A stretch of 61,015 bases of DNA, filler included, from Hausera hauseri (lineage: Eukaryota), in the NCBI GenBank assembly GCA_046269625.1. It is 11 parts of 11 records of this genome, joined end to end, with 100 filler letters (N's around TTAATTAATTAA, not from the genome) between each part and the next. Parts side by side here need not be neighbours in the genome. Positions count along the whole stretch, not along the records: positions 10,399 to 16,341 come from JBJURY010165309.1; positions 16,442 to 21,662 come from JBJURY010304389.1; positions 21,763 to 27,773 come from JBJURY010153644.1; 8 more parts are not named here. One strand, 5' to 3'. The notes below the pieces were generated by a model. It did no database searches, was not told the origin of the DNA, and saw nothing but the letters and a program-made list of their open reading frames with translations. The position numbers and the translations under genes are program-made. Position 1 is the first letter of the stretch, and each line of letters begins with the position of its first letter. This document shows positions 10,399-22,479 of the stretch, piece after piece.

Positions 10399-13326
10399 GA
10401 AGGCGTCGATCGATGCATCAGCTTTTTTCATCGATTTCCACTGACATTCCCAGACCTCGACAACCTTGACTTCGCGGGCGAGATACTCACGTATTTTGGA
10501 GGTTTTTTCAAACAAAGCTGCCAGCGGTTTCTTGTTGACGGGGTTCACGACTTTCCCTTCGGTGATGGGACAATCCGGGTGCCCGTGAAATAGGCACCCG
10601 TGAAACTGATAGGCTGTCTGAGTGCTCTTGCACCAGCCATCGACCTTGACGTGCTTGGGACCGATCGCCATTTCCCCGCCGTTATACTGGGTCTTTAGGG
10701 ATATCCCATGCACGTGCTCAAGCCAGGCCAACCATTCCCGACTTTGTTTGGTGTACGAATTAACGGTGTGTTTCTTAAAACCGTCTTCGCATGTTCGGAC
10801 AATTGCAAAGTCGGTTGGCATATCTTGCGTGAGAGCCCATAAATATAACGCATTTGCGTCGTAACCCTTAATGCTCTTAACTAACTTAGTGCCCCTAATA
10901 CGCGTCTTGTCGGCGGTATGCATTCGATGGAATATAATGCTTGGTCCCCCGACTATATTGTCTCTAAGGGTCTGGTGTAGATCTTGCTGTCGTTTAGAAA
11001 ACAAGGAAAAACTAACGTCTGAGGGAAGGGTTTTAAAAAGATAATTTAAGGTAACCCCGGGGACGCTAATCGCCTGCTTAAAAATATCTACCCCCAACTC
11101 GGTGTAAAACGCGACCTGTCTATCTAACGCCGTTATAAAGGGGACTACGTCTCTGTTGTTGTACCATACAAGGAAATCTTTAAGGGTACGCATCCCCTCC
11201 GCTTTCCATACTTCTCGACAATACTCGTAGTCCTTTTCGGAAATGTTACTATTTTTTAGTGTCGAATGGAAGGCGGAGTGGGGTGGGAGACTAGTTTCTT
11301 CCAACTTGGCTAAGCTATCTATGTACTCGTAGCAGAAGAACCCTTTAGTTTCTTTCACCTTGTATGCGGCTAGATATTTCGAATAAGTGAAGCCCGGCGC
11401 AATATAGTTACAGACATCAAGGAATTTTAGCTTCTGCGTACCTAGACACAGGAAATTATTGTTGCGTTTGACGATATAACTGAAGGGGTCGATAACATTA
11501 TCGAGTTTATTTCCGACTAGGTCGGAAAGGGCCTTAATTAAATAGGGTTTAATAACGTTGATGTCGTACTTTCCACCATTAAAGGAAAGGACCGGCAGCT
11601 CACGCAAGTACCTTTCCAGTTTGTCGGCCAGATCCGTGGCTTTCATATCGACCAGTTTGGAAAAGACATCCGCAAATTCTTTGCATAAGATGTCGTAAGC
11701 GGCGTCAGCGATTGTCACGAGATGTGTTACCATCTGGTTGACCAATGTTTGGGGACATCCCTCGCTGACAAAAGTCTGTGGTTTCTCAAATCCTGGAATA
11801 TTGGAGGCTACTGCAACCGATAAAGGGACATGAAGAGACAGATATTTCGTAGAGTTTGTCTCACTTGGCAAGTCACTTGCCATAAAAAATGTCTCGATAT
11901 CATACGTGGCGCGGAACCTGTATACATATCTAGTATCGACTTCGATGCCGCGTTGAGCAATTTTCTCCAGGATCGTCTCTGGTGGGGTATAAATCCCACC
12001 TTTGCAAACCTCTTTCGAGACACCAGCAACGCAGGTCTTTTCATGTTTTGTCATGAAACAATAGCGCTTCCACAGCTTACCGCATTTGCTACAGCTAAAA
12101 GAATGCGAGGCCTTGTTTATGTCCGATATGTACAGGAAATGAGAATTGAATAACAATAATCTCATCGTTTTGGGGAACAGGCAACTACTTCTAATCTTGG
12201 GGGAGAGAACTTGTTCACTATCAAAATGGAAGACATCAACGTTTACGTTAAAACAAAGTTCGAGTCTTTGCAAGTCTACTAAATCTACGCCGGGGAAGGG
12301 GTCGGCCAGTGACGACCCCTGGAAAACGCACCATTGTTTGAATAATTTTTGTGTTGCTCTTCTAGTATTTTTAACAGGGCCTTTGTTAAAGATGGCTAGA
12401 CAGCGGAAAAAGCAGAGGTTATCAGTGTATGGTTTGTTGTGTGAGTCGTGTTGTAATATATGTATGGCTTTGTTCTCTGTAATAAATTTGGGAATCTCTT
12501 GTAGGCAACCGACAGGAAATTCAAGTAAATTATAAATGTATATAGAGGTCGAGGGTACTGCTTCTACGTAATAGGAAGTATTTGGTCTATTTTTAAGTGC
12601 CATATTCAAAGGGTCCGATTCTTCAACTTCCCTAATGAAAGCTAAAAAATCTTGTCTATTATTAATTAGTTTAGGTCTATCAAAGACACAGCTATTATTC
12701 ATAGAAGCGTGAAAAAATTTGAGTTCTCTGCTATCTCTTTTTCTGAGTATAAGATGGTGCGAGATATTCACCTTGAAGCGGGTCTTTTGGGCGTTGAATA
12801 CCTCCAAGAGGAAGGACCAATCCCGTGTGTGATTAGATGTGGGGGGATGGAAGAAAGTATACGTGGAGAGATATTTTTGGACATTACTGTGTGTTTTGAT
12901 AGCGGGCCAATTATCTACATAGACAGATCTCAGATCAGAAGGGAGAGAAAGCAGTGCCTCATCAGGCAAAACAACAGGCAGACCATCATGAGCATGTAAA
13001 ACCTCACTTGCACCCACACTCTCGCTTAAACTCTTGCTTTCATCCACCCGCTCACTCGCGTTTGCACTGACATTACTCATTTGCTCATTATCGATCGCCT
13101 CGCAAGTATAGCCATCTTCATGTTTCGTCCTTTTGGCAGCAGGTGCAGCCATATCAGATGGGCGCTTGGTGTGTTGTTTAAGGTGGGCTTTGAGTGTGTC
13201 GGAACGCCCGTAAGTGCGCTCACAAAAGGTACATTTAAAGTTCTGTTGCATATGCGTAGTTTCCAGATGTCTTTGGAAATTATCAAATCTTCTAAAGACC
13301 CGTTGACAGACGTCACACTGGTTTTT
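10399..13326 (-). CDS. polB: Polinton/Maverick protein-primed DNA polymerase B (N-terminal C2H2 fingers, OTU-like domain, exonuclease, palm, Vsr-like nuclease insert); intact ORF, C-terminus cut by contig end
   Basis: Over 950 uninterrupted codons; ExoI YDIET, ExoII FNGGKYD, KGFFCYEY, ExoIII YNNRDV, motif A YDANALY, Vsr-like KVDG...YQFHGCLFHGH...VWECQW; DNLCFFRCLA and LFNSHFLYI; an extra in-frame C2H2 finger upstream of the ATG at 13251. Confidence 0.93.
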
Positions 13327-16300
13327 CTGTGAAATAGAGAAAACAGCGTATGTCTTTTCACTAACGAGCTAGTATTCATACACATCACCAAAATTTACTA
13401 ATAATTTTAGGATAATATGCAATGTTAGTAAGCAAACAGCTATTAACAAATTGATGTAAAGAAATATAACTAAGATACACGCTAATGGTAAGCACGTTTT
13501 GTAATAGTAATTCTGTAAGTTTTGCCCTAAACTTTACTACAGACTTTTTCGTTTGCATTAGTGCTAGAACCCTTACCTTACCAAATATTTTACAAAGACA
13601 CCACTAGTAACTACATAATAATTTTACCAATATTAACTAACTGTTCACTAAATATCCATATACATAACTAATTTATAAAACATTTTCTAAATAAAGCACC
13701 TAACTACTAGTCGTGTAACTAAAACTAGGACACTATAGCAGTTCACTACTGTTCACTAATAATTTTCGCTAAATAAAATAACACTAATACTTTTCTTTAG
13801 CGAGTAAAGCGTTGCGTTTTTAAATAAAAGCAACTATTTAAAAAGCACACTCGTAGATTGGACAAATCCTCAACCTGTTTACGGATTATATTATATCTAA
13901 CCTAGATGGTAGTCTTGTAAATCGTAACTGAATCTAGTAATAAAATACAAGTTCACTAACTGAACCCTCCGGCAAATACGTACTTTTTTAACTAACTAAC
14001 CTCTGGTACCTTAAATAGTAATGTAAGCACACTGTGGAAAGAAATATTGTTAGCAATAGCTGATATTTGTATGATAGGACTAACTATTACTAAGTTAGTA
14101 AAGCCGAAAAAAAAATTTAACTAGATGTAGCGCACTCTGATAAAACAAACACAACTAGTGGTTAGTAACAAAATATAGGACAGGTCTAGAGGTTTAAATA
14201 CAGCTAGTAAGTTCTTAAATAGTAAATATCACAACAATTAGTACTACGAAGTGCTTACCTTTCCGTCAGTATGAGCAGATTTAATATGCCTACGTAAATT
14301 TTCATTTAAACTATACTCTTTATGACACACTTGACAAGGAAATTGCTGTGGGATATACAAAAACATGTATTACAAAACTATCCAGTAGAAAGAATACATT
14401 ATTCACCACTCTGTAATACAGTTACCATACTCCCGCCCGGTCACAGGTGTTAGTTACAGCCCGATCAATATATTCCTACAAGTATGTTTGATGCAAACCT
14501 TTTAAAACCAAAAACTGTTCCTAAGTCCCAAACACAGTATTTCCTGTTACAATCTTTTACTGAAAAATGGCAAACAGTTGCCTTAAAAAGAAAACCTGTT
14601 ACAGAACACTGACTACAACATAGCTTGACACAAAACTACACCAAGCCCCCTTCCTAGAAAGTATTTAAATTTTTACCTTTTCTACTTACTAATTCCCGAC
14701 CACCATATAGAAACAACCCATTTACCAAGCATCTTTACAAAACAAAACTAATTCCCAAACACATTGTTACAACCTTTTACCAAAAAACGAGCTCTATTGC
14801 AAACAGTTGCATTAAAAAAAAAAAAAGGAAACCTGTTATAAAAAATATACGTAACAACGTCTATTGCAAATAAGCAAAATACAGGCCTTGCATAATGCTG
14901 AAAACCATGCAGTACATAACTACACCACAAAACCAGGTAGGAAAACATAAGAAGTACCTTAGAATTTTGTTTAGTAAGCTCAACTTCCGTACTAGTACTG
15001 TTCATTGTTTCTGTAAAGAAAAAAAAAAATAAACACGCTTGAAGAAATATGAAGGAATAGCTGGAAAATAATTATCTTCTATGCTTTGGCTATACACCAA
15101 AAAGCGTAAAATATTAATAACAAAAAGGCGCTCTAGGGAAATATAGTTTTCATGCGGAAACCCTAAAATGGCTAAGAATATTCTTAAAATATATATACAT
15201 GTATAGGTGGAAAACCTTGTTAACGAGTATTCTCTAATGAAAAGTCGGTAATTCGTTAACCTAGGAAACGCGGCTGGTAGGATTTTTATCAAATAATTTT
15301 TAACATTATTAAACGCGAGATTACCAAAGAATAGAGGATACGGCTGTGTGGTAATTAAAATAAATGTTATTACTAGTAGAACAGCCATAACTGCGGACAC
15401 GCGACTCTAGTTGTGACAATATGTTACCTACGTGATAGGAACCATAAACCTTTTAGAAATGTTAGGTGGAAAATATTTAAGCCTAATAGAACACTGACAG
15501 GATTTTTATCAAATGATTTTACCAAAGACTGCTGATGTGGGTTAATTAAGCGCTAACATTATCAGAAGAACATCGGTGACCCTATTATGACACTGAAAAG
15601 CGCGGTTAACAAAATACTCACCAGAAGGTCGGTAAACTTGGCGGCTTTGAAGTTGACGACTGAAGAATCTGATGCGTGGTGTAAAGGTATGTTGCAAACG
15701 GTGCAGATTATACTCAGTAGATGAGCCTTATTACGCAATGTCAATGCACGAAAACAATAGTTCCGACTTATGTTATAGTAAACAAAAAATTACGCGACGT
15801 CCCGCTTACGTTATATTCATACGCCAAAAAAGTAGTCCCGCCTTACATCGTACTGTTTTCGGTACCTTAGTAAGTATTTACACAGGGGGGACATTCAACT
15901 TGAAATATCGATGCGTTGCAAATTTTAGTGCGATCTTATCTGCTACCCATATTAACATACATAGCGATGCGTCCTGTTTTTGCGAAAAATGCAGATTTTA
16001 CGGTGATCTTAATCTAACTTGGATAGAGAGTTTCACAAATTTCATTACATAGACCGATCAATATAGTAAAGCCCAGTCCGTTGATTAAGCGACAGGTGCT
16101 GTACATACCGGTGAAACATTAGCATTTATATTATCAACAGATCAAACAAGCGCGCGGGAAATTTTATCATGCGAAAATATCGATGTTGTAAAAGCTCACC
16201 TGGTGTTTCGCGGCAGAAATCTAAATTTGCTCTACTGTTAAAGATTGCTTATTGTATGTTAGTGAAAAATAAAATATATGAAAAATGACGGCGTTTTGTT

Positions 16301-19300
16301 ACTTCTTAAAGTTCTTGTCCATAAGCAACAACTAAGATGTANNNNNNNNNNNNNNNNNNNNNNNNNNNNNNNNNNNNNNNNNNNNTTAATTAATTAANNN
16401 NNNNNNNNNNNNNNNNNNNNNNNNNNNNNNNNNNNNNNNNNTATCTGTTTATTTTTTGAATGAAATTTATTGTAATTAAAATAAATAAATATGTATACGC
16501 CGCTTCATTCTTTGTATCATGTTTGTTTAATAAAAATTTGTAGCATTTTTTGGTGCCGTAGCCCGGGAATTATCTTATGTTTCTGTTCACATTTGGAACC
16601 GCTCTTTGTTAGGGTGTTGTCACGATTTTTTTTATTATTTACTGCTGAATTTCCTTAATGAATAAGAAATAAGTTCATTTAAATATTTACACATTAGAAA
16701 TCCCATTCACAAATAGAGAACTAGTGCGGCCAACAAGCAATTTATAGGTATAATTCGGAATATAGTAAATGCAATAAATCAAAATTCGATAAATGAAACG
16801 ATGAAATTAAAATTAATCAGTCAAGAAAGTCGAATAAAAGTCAATAATTTTTACTCTTGACATTTATTGGAAAACAGCTACAACTTAAAGAACGAATATA
16901 AACCAACTAGGAACGCATAAAACAACTCGTTATACCAACCGGAATCCCGCAGTCAAGCTCGTGTTGTCGTAACATTACCTAAAATATCCAATCCCGGCGA
17001 AGATAAAATTCATTATAAAATCAAATTGTGCGCTTAATAAAAACTCCCAACAGAAAAGTTTTACGATAACAGATAAGAACAATAATCCTTCCACTTATTG
17101 CAATTAGTTATACCACTAAGTAACTGACGATCGGGATTACTCAATTTTCCATTGCAATTTTCTCTACGAATCGCGGTTCTATTCAGTTTTCGTTGGTGAA
17201 TATTCCAAACATCATTTATATAATCCAAAAATACCTGGCAGTCAAATGATTAATATTTTAAAATAATCATTATCAATTACGAATTCCCAACCAATTTAAC
17301 AACAAAGAAAACGTAGTATCCAATAAAATCATTAACACATACAACTCAGTTAGGCATGAGTCATCGCGTAAAGTTCAATGGAAAATAACGCAGTTTGAAA
17401 CAAATGTTCTAAAACATCAGTTGATCGATTCATATGCATATTCGCAGTAGAAGGAATGATTCAATTACACGCAGACTCACATAAAAATAAGCACGTCAGC
17501 AAGAGCTTAATTATTTAGTGTACCTTATGAGTAGAATGCGGCAAAGATTTTTATATTAGTGACCCCATGGAAAAACACATACGCTTGTTGCATGTTAGTG
17601 GCATGCATTGATGCTGGCAATCTGAACAGAAACTTAAGTGAATAAATGTTGGAAATATAATATAAAGGCTGAATAAATGTGTTTTTATAAAGAGGTTGCA
17701 GGGAAGACGAGAATATCTAACAGGGAGTTACAAAGATTACGAAAACTCGAATAACATGCCTGTATTATAGAGACACACAGACTCATGACAGGGCTGACTA
17801 GTTTGCATGCAGACACACACATACAAGTGCAGCAGACATGCTTTTTTGTGAAGTGACTGGCGTGCCTGTCAGATTAATAACATACCTAAAACTTTAAAAA
17901 TTTGCCATTGGAGTGTACCAAAATTAACCACATGACGGAGGGGTTTATCCAGCCGCGGGTTTCGGGGAAATTGCATTATGGGCTGTTGCATCGAAATGTT
18001 TACCAGTATTGCTCATGTCGTTTTGCTCAAAGGGTTCAGCGGGGCGGGGATAGCATGAGGAGTCGATTTTCCATTTCATTTACTTTCGTTGGTTCAATTG
18101 TGCTGACATTTTCGGAGTAATTCAGCGAGGGACTCGATAGGGCATAGTTGGATAATTGACTTTTTGTGGAAGGTAATTTGCTTGCATTCGTCTGGTTTTC
18201 TTTGAATCCGCGGTAGATGGTTCCAAAGCGAATTTTCTTCGTAAATATCCAGAAAAATCGTAGAGATAACTGGTGAATCCGGAAAATTGACAAAAACGGT
18301 TTTCGGGTGTTATTTGAGAAATGTATGTTGTTGATTTGCAGCGAGTGGTTGCCACTGATGTATAACGAAGCAAGAATATAAAAGGCTATAGAGTAATACT
18401 TTGCAGTTAAAAACAATAATAATTAACAATTATAAAAATAAATTATAGCCTTTTAAGCAGTAAAGATTCAACATAAAACGCTAATATGTTTGGTCTATTT
18501 TAAGCAAAACTGAGTTAAATAAATAACTACTATTGACAAAATTTTATCCAATGACGACTGCAAATGTCAAATCGAGTCCGCAGGAAAACAATAATTAGTA
18601 ACTAAGTTAAATGGACATACACACTATTAAGATATGATAACGAAACACACCGTGACCATATGATCAAATATACACAAAACACTGATTAAGTATGAATGTG
18701 TATATAGGTTCAAAACTATATGAAATGAACATAAAACTTTATTGTATGAAATAATCAGTAAGAGAAAATCTTCCATTATAAGATACACTGGCGCACAATG
18801 CGAAGTCGATTCAATTTTACACTGGCCGTCATGTCAGTTTATCGTCACCAGCTATGTTATCACATACGACTGAGGTGGCAATCAACGTGATAAAACTTCA
18901 GACGAAATTATTGACTATTAACGGGAACATCGATGTTGAAAAGTTATAATTCGATCACTTAACGATTAACCAATGTGCATTTAATGTATTTCCCAATTGA
19001 GTAGGAACAGGATGTTAATACTCCGTTATGAGTGTACGACCTTTTCCGCAAATCACAATCTTACCCAATTAAAAATAAATAGGCTTATACTAAAATAATA
19101 AACCAAGGAAAATACTTCATAATCAAAATAAATTGTACTCAATCAACGGAATTTATCAATCCTGGCATCTCGAATTACATACCTGAACTGATCATTAATA
19201 TTTAAACTAACATCAGGAATAAGTAATGTATCCAGAGGGAGGATATTTCCATTTAGTTTCAATCATCCCCGTTGTTGTAAATGAGTTACTCAAATACTAC

Positions 19301-20047
19301 CTCATCAGATAAACAATTGCTAACATTATCATTGTTAGCAAAGCAGAATGGTTTCTAAACATTCGAGAGGATTTTTGGGATTTTCCGGATAATACGGCAA
19401 TACATCCAACATCGGAGTGAAGTCAATATAGCGAAAAAATGAATCCAAGCACTTTCAATGCAATTTATAATGAAACGCTAGTAGACGGATATTACGTTTT
19501 CTTTAAAAAAGTCATAAGTATTGATCAAAATATTAAGTACTAAAGCGTTAGAGAATAATTAGTGTGTATTGCCGTGGGATTATGTATATAGTCAATTTGG
19601 ATAGGGTGAGAACCGAATTAAAATATTTCATATTTAATTGATATCACCGAAAAAAGTATTGAATTGCAAATTACTTATAGGGAATATTTCGTATAAGGAT
19701 AAAGATCGGTTTATTTTATCTTTGAGTTGGATTTTGATTGTAAACTTATGTTCTTAATGGTATATATCGTTTACTATTAAAATTCCGAGACAGTGATAAG
19801 GAAACATGAATATATAGTGAAGATAAATGACTATTTTGATTATACTAAAAGGACCATAAATTATACTAATACTCTGTAATTAAACGAATGTTTTATTTAT
19901 TTCCACATGGAATGTACAAAGTAGTTGAAATGTTGAGATGGTTATATACCTTTATTGAAAGGGCATTCACTTATCTACATAGGGAAACACTGAAATTGAG
20001 TTAATTTTAATAACGGGAAGAGTGTTTTCAAATAGTATGTATTTCCC

Positions 20048-20108
20048 TATGTGTATGTGTATATATATATGTGTGTGTATGTGTATGTATATGTGTGTAT
20101 ATATATAA
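20048..20108. repeat. (TG/TA)n microsatellite
   Basis: tatgtgtatgtgtatatatatatgtgtgtgtatgtgtatgtatatgtgtgtatatatata. Confidence 0.85.
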
Positions 20109-20376
20109 ATTGTAAATAATTAGTTAAATTAAATAGCGTAATTTAAAAATAAAATATTGAATATGTTAAGGATAACGAATTAGCCATTTAACCAATTTAG
20201 ACTCCTAATTTTAGTCAATTGTTTAATCAGTTAATTTTAAGGTACACTACAATTTCGCATAACCTCGATTTTGATTGGTTTATACTAGAAAGTCACAAAA
20301 AGATTTTTTGAAAGTTATTCAAGATAAAATTTTAGACAAGTTCATCGTCGAAAATATAACTTATTAAAAAGTTAAC

Positions 20377-21020
20377 ATGGCTCAAGAACAAGTACAAAAA
20401 CGATTTCATCCCATGCAACATCTTGATGTTGATGTTGAGGAATTTGACGGAGGCCCAAAAAATTGTTTTCATTTTTGGAGTTATGGGTCGCGAAGTTCGG
20501 CAATTGGTTTGGGTGGGAAAGGGGCGATTGGAGGACTGCCGTTGTCACTGACTGACGGCTGTTGACGCTTACAATGATCTGATCGATGACGAAGGGGTAA
20601 ATTGGATGGGGCACAAACCGCTTTTACTGATGAATTTTACCCCACATTGTTTCCACATCAACAGTTGATCAAATTGCAGAACTTATACCGACCATATGAC
20701 GAAAGTACAACACAATATATATGCCTTGGGGCACATTGTGACTCGGTATGTGTTGAGGCTGTTCGACTAGATGCAGTGAAAGGAAATAAAGAATTTGACG
20801 AAAATGAATGGAACATTGATACACTGTTGCTTACACAGTTTTTAAATGGATTAAGCTCTTAATTGAGATGCGGAGTGCAGGCAAAATACCCTGGTGGCTT
20901 TGTTGATGCGTTGAAGGCAGTTCAAATGATGGAGTCCTTCACTCCACCAAAACGACAAAGAAATACCAATAGATTTCCCGAGAATGATTCGCGCGGAGAT
21001 GATAACTGACGAAATTATCG
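20377..21020 (+). pseudogene. gag: Ty3/gypsy Gag capsid region, frameshifted; ATG overlaps a putative LTR/PBS junction (GTTAACA|TGG)
   Basis: Across frames: DVEEFDGGPKNCFHF/LELWVAKFGNWFGW...AVDAYNDL..NW/DGAQTAFTDEFYP...LIKLQNLYRPYDESTTQY...LLTQFLNGLSS*LRCGVQAKYPGGFVDALKAVQMME, which fits the Retrotrans_gag capsid pattern. Confidence 0.7.
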
Positions 21021-21024
21021 CGTA

Positions 21025-21357
21025 GAAAATGATTACAGTTGTTCAACTCAAATGCAACCGTGCCCCTTGTACAACTTGTTTCAACAAATTGCGATCCCCT
21101 TTCATTCAAAAACTCGATCAACGAGGCGAAACTAATGTGACCTTCCAAAGTGGTATATCCTGCCCTTCCTGCCGATAATTGTCAGTTTATTATCACTTCT
21201 CGTATACCTACGATGAACGAAGTCAGCGCCTGTGCCATTGGATTAACCAAATAAACGATGCCACATTAGCAATCAAACTCCGACTCCTCAGCTACATCGA
21301 TATCAGTACCCAGACTGATCCGGAGGACCGAATCTTTTTTCAAAGGGGGGGGAGAAA
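21025..21357 (+). pseudogene. Retroelement-borne RING-domain ORF, 5'-truncated; homolog of 51531-52181, ending in the polypurine tract
   Basis: MITVVQLKCNRAPCTTCFNKLRS...SGISCPSCR*LSVYYHFSYTYDERSQRLCHWINQINDATL...STQTDPEDRIFF aligns with ORF 51549-52181; the first CxxC is missing. Confidence 0.85.
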
Positions 21358-21662
21358 TGTTGGGGTTTTTTATTTAATTCAGAACCCCATTTCGAAAAAA
21401 TAAATCAACCACAAAATGAAACAAAAATTCAATCCAAATTCAGAGAATTCGAACCGAAACAAAAACGACACGTGCTGACATCTATTCGTGATTCAAAAGC
21501 AGTAACACTAACAATAACATATTTGTGATCCGAAATATTAACAATAACAACATTAACAATAACATCTTTGTGATCAGAAATTGTTCAGTGCAAATGAATC
21601 TGACTATGACTATGTGAATATTTTGTTATAAATAATAAATACTTGTATATATATAAACGTCT
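21342..21662 (+). repeat. Polypurine tract (21342-21357) and start of a 3' LTR (TGTTG at 21358)
   Basis: AAAGGGGGGGGAGAAA directly followed by TGTTG; same arrangement as 52152-52170. Confidence 0.75.
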
Positions 21663-22479
21663 NNNNNNNNNNNNNNNNNNNNNNNNNNNNNNNNNNNNNN
21701 NNNNNNTTAATTAATTAANNNNNNNNNNNNNNNNNNNNNNNNNNNNNNNNNNNNNNNNNNNNTATAATATTAATAACATTTACAAATTGTACATTCACTC
21801 CTGGACTACAGCTCTATCTGTGTTATCGTTCCTTTCAATATATTTAGTCCATATTGATAATCACTTCTTTGATGCTGCACATCAGGATCAGACTGAACAA
21901 AATCCATCGAAATGTTCAAGTGGTGGAAAAATTTCCGTGTTTTTGGTGACAAAGTTCACAGTTGGCAATTTATGGCTGCTCCTTATAGAAAATTCACGGA
22001 ATTTTGGATTTGAGTCTAACCCTTCTGTCTGGAGCAGTGCTTTTAACATTTCACTCTTTGCGTTCACTGGGATGGATTTGGTAAGAATATAAATCCAACG
22101 ATAATCACTGTATTTATTTTTTTTTGAATTTTTATGACAAAACAATAAATTAATTCAAATATCAATTTACAAAATTTTTAACAAAACGTAATTATTTCAT
22201 TCACGTCTACCACAGATGCATAGAAGGTGTCGACGTCTTTAGAGGCCAATCTATCCAATTGTAATTATTGTCTCATTCCAAAATTGTCACACATAGATTA
22301 CCAAATCTTAAATTTCTTTTGTTCACCGATTCCTGGTGGTTTCATTTTATAGAGTAACATGAACTTTTGACATTTAAATTCAGGCGTACCATCACAGATT
22401 CGATAAATTTTGTAAATTCTTTTACTCGTTATGAGGGATACTCAAAATGTTCGTGCTTCACCAGAAATCGTTCACACTG

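Noticed and set aside
13400-16341. Polinton terminal inverted repeat or accessory genes (e.g. Cys-containing ORF 15672-16052)
   Set aside because: AT-rich with short degenerate duplications; no terminal repeat or family motif that I can support.
16442-19900. ORFs at 17902-18416, and a ~20-nt match between 19177-19200 and 52700-52722 as evidence of LTR homology
   Set aside because: The ORFs have no motifs, and the match does not extend on either side, so it may be chance.
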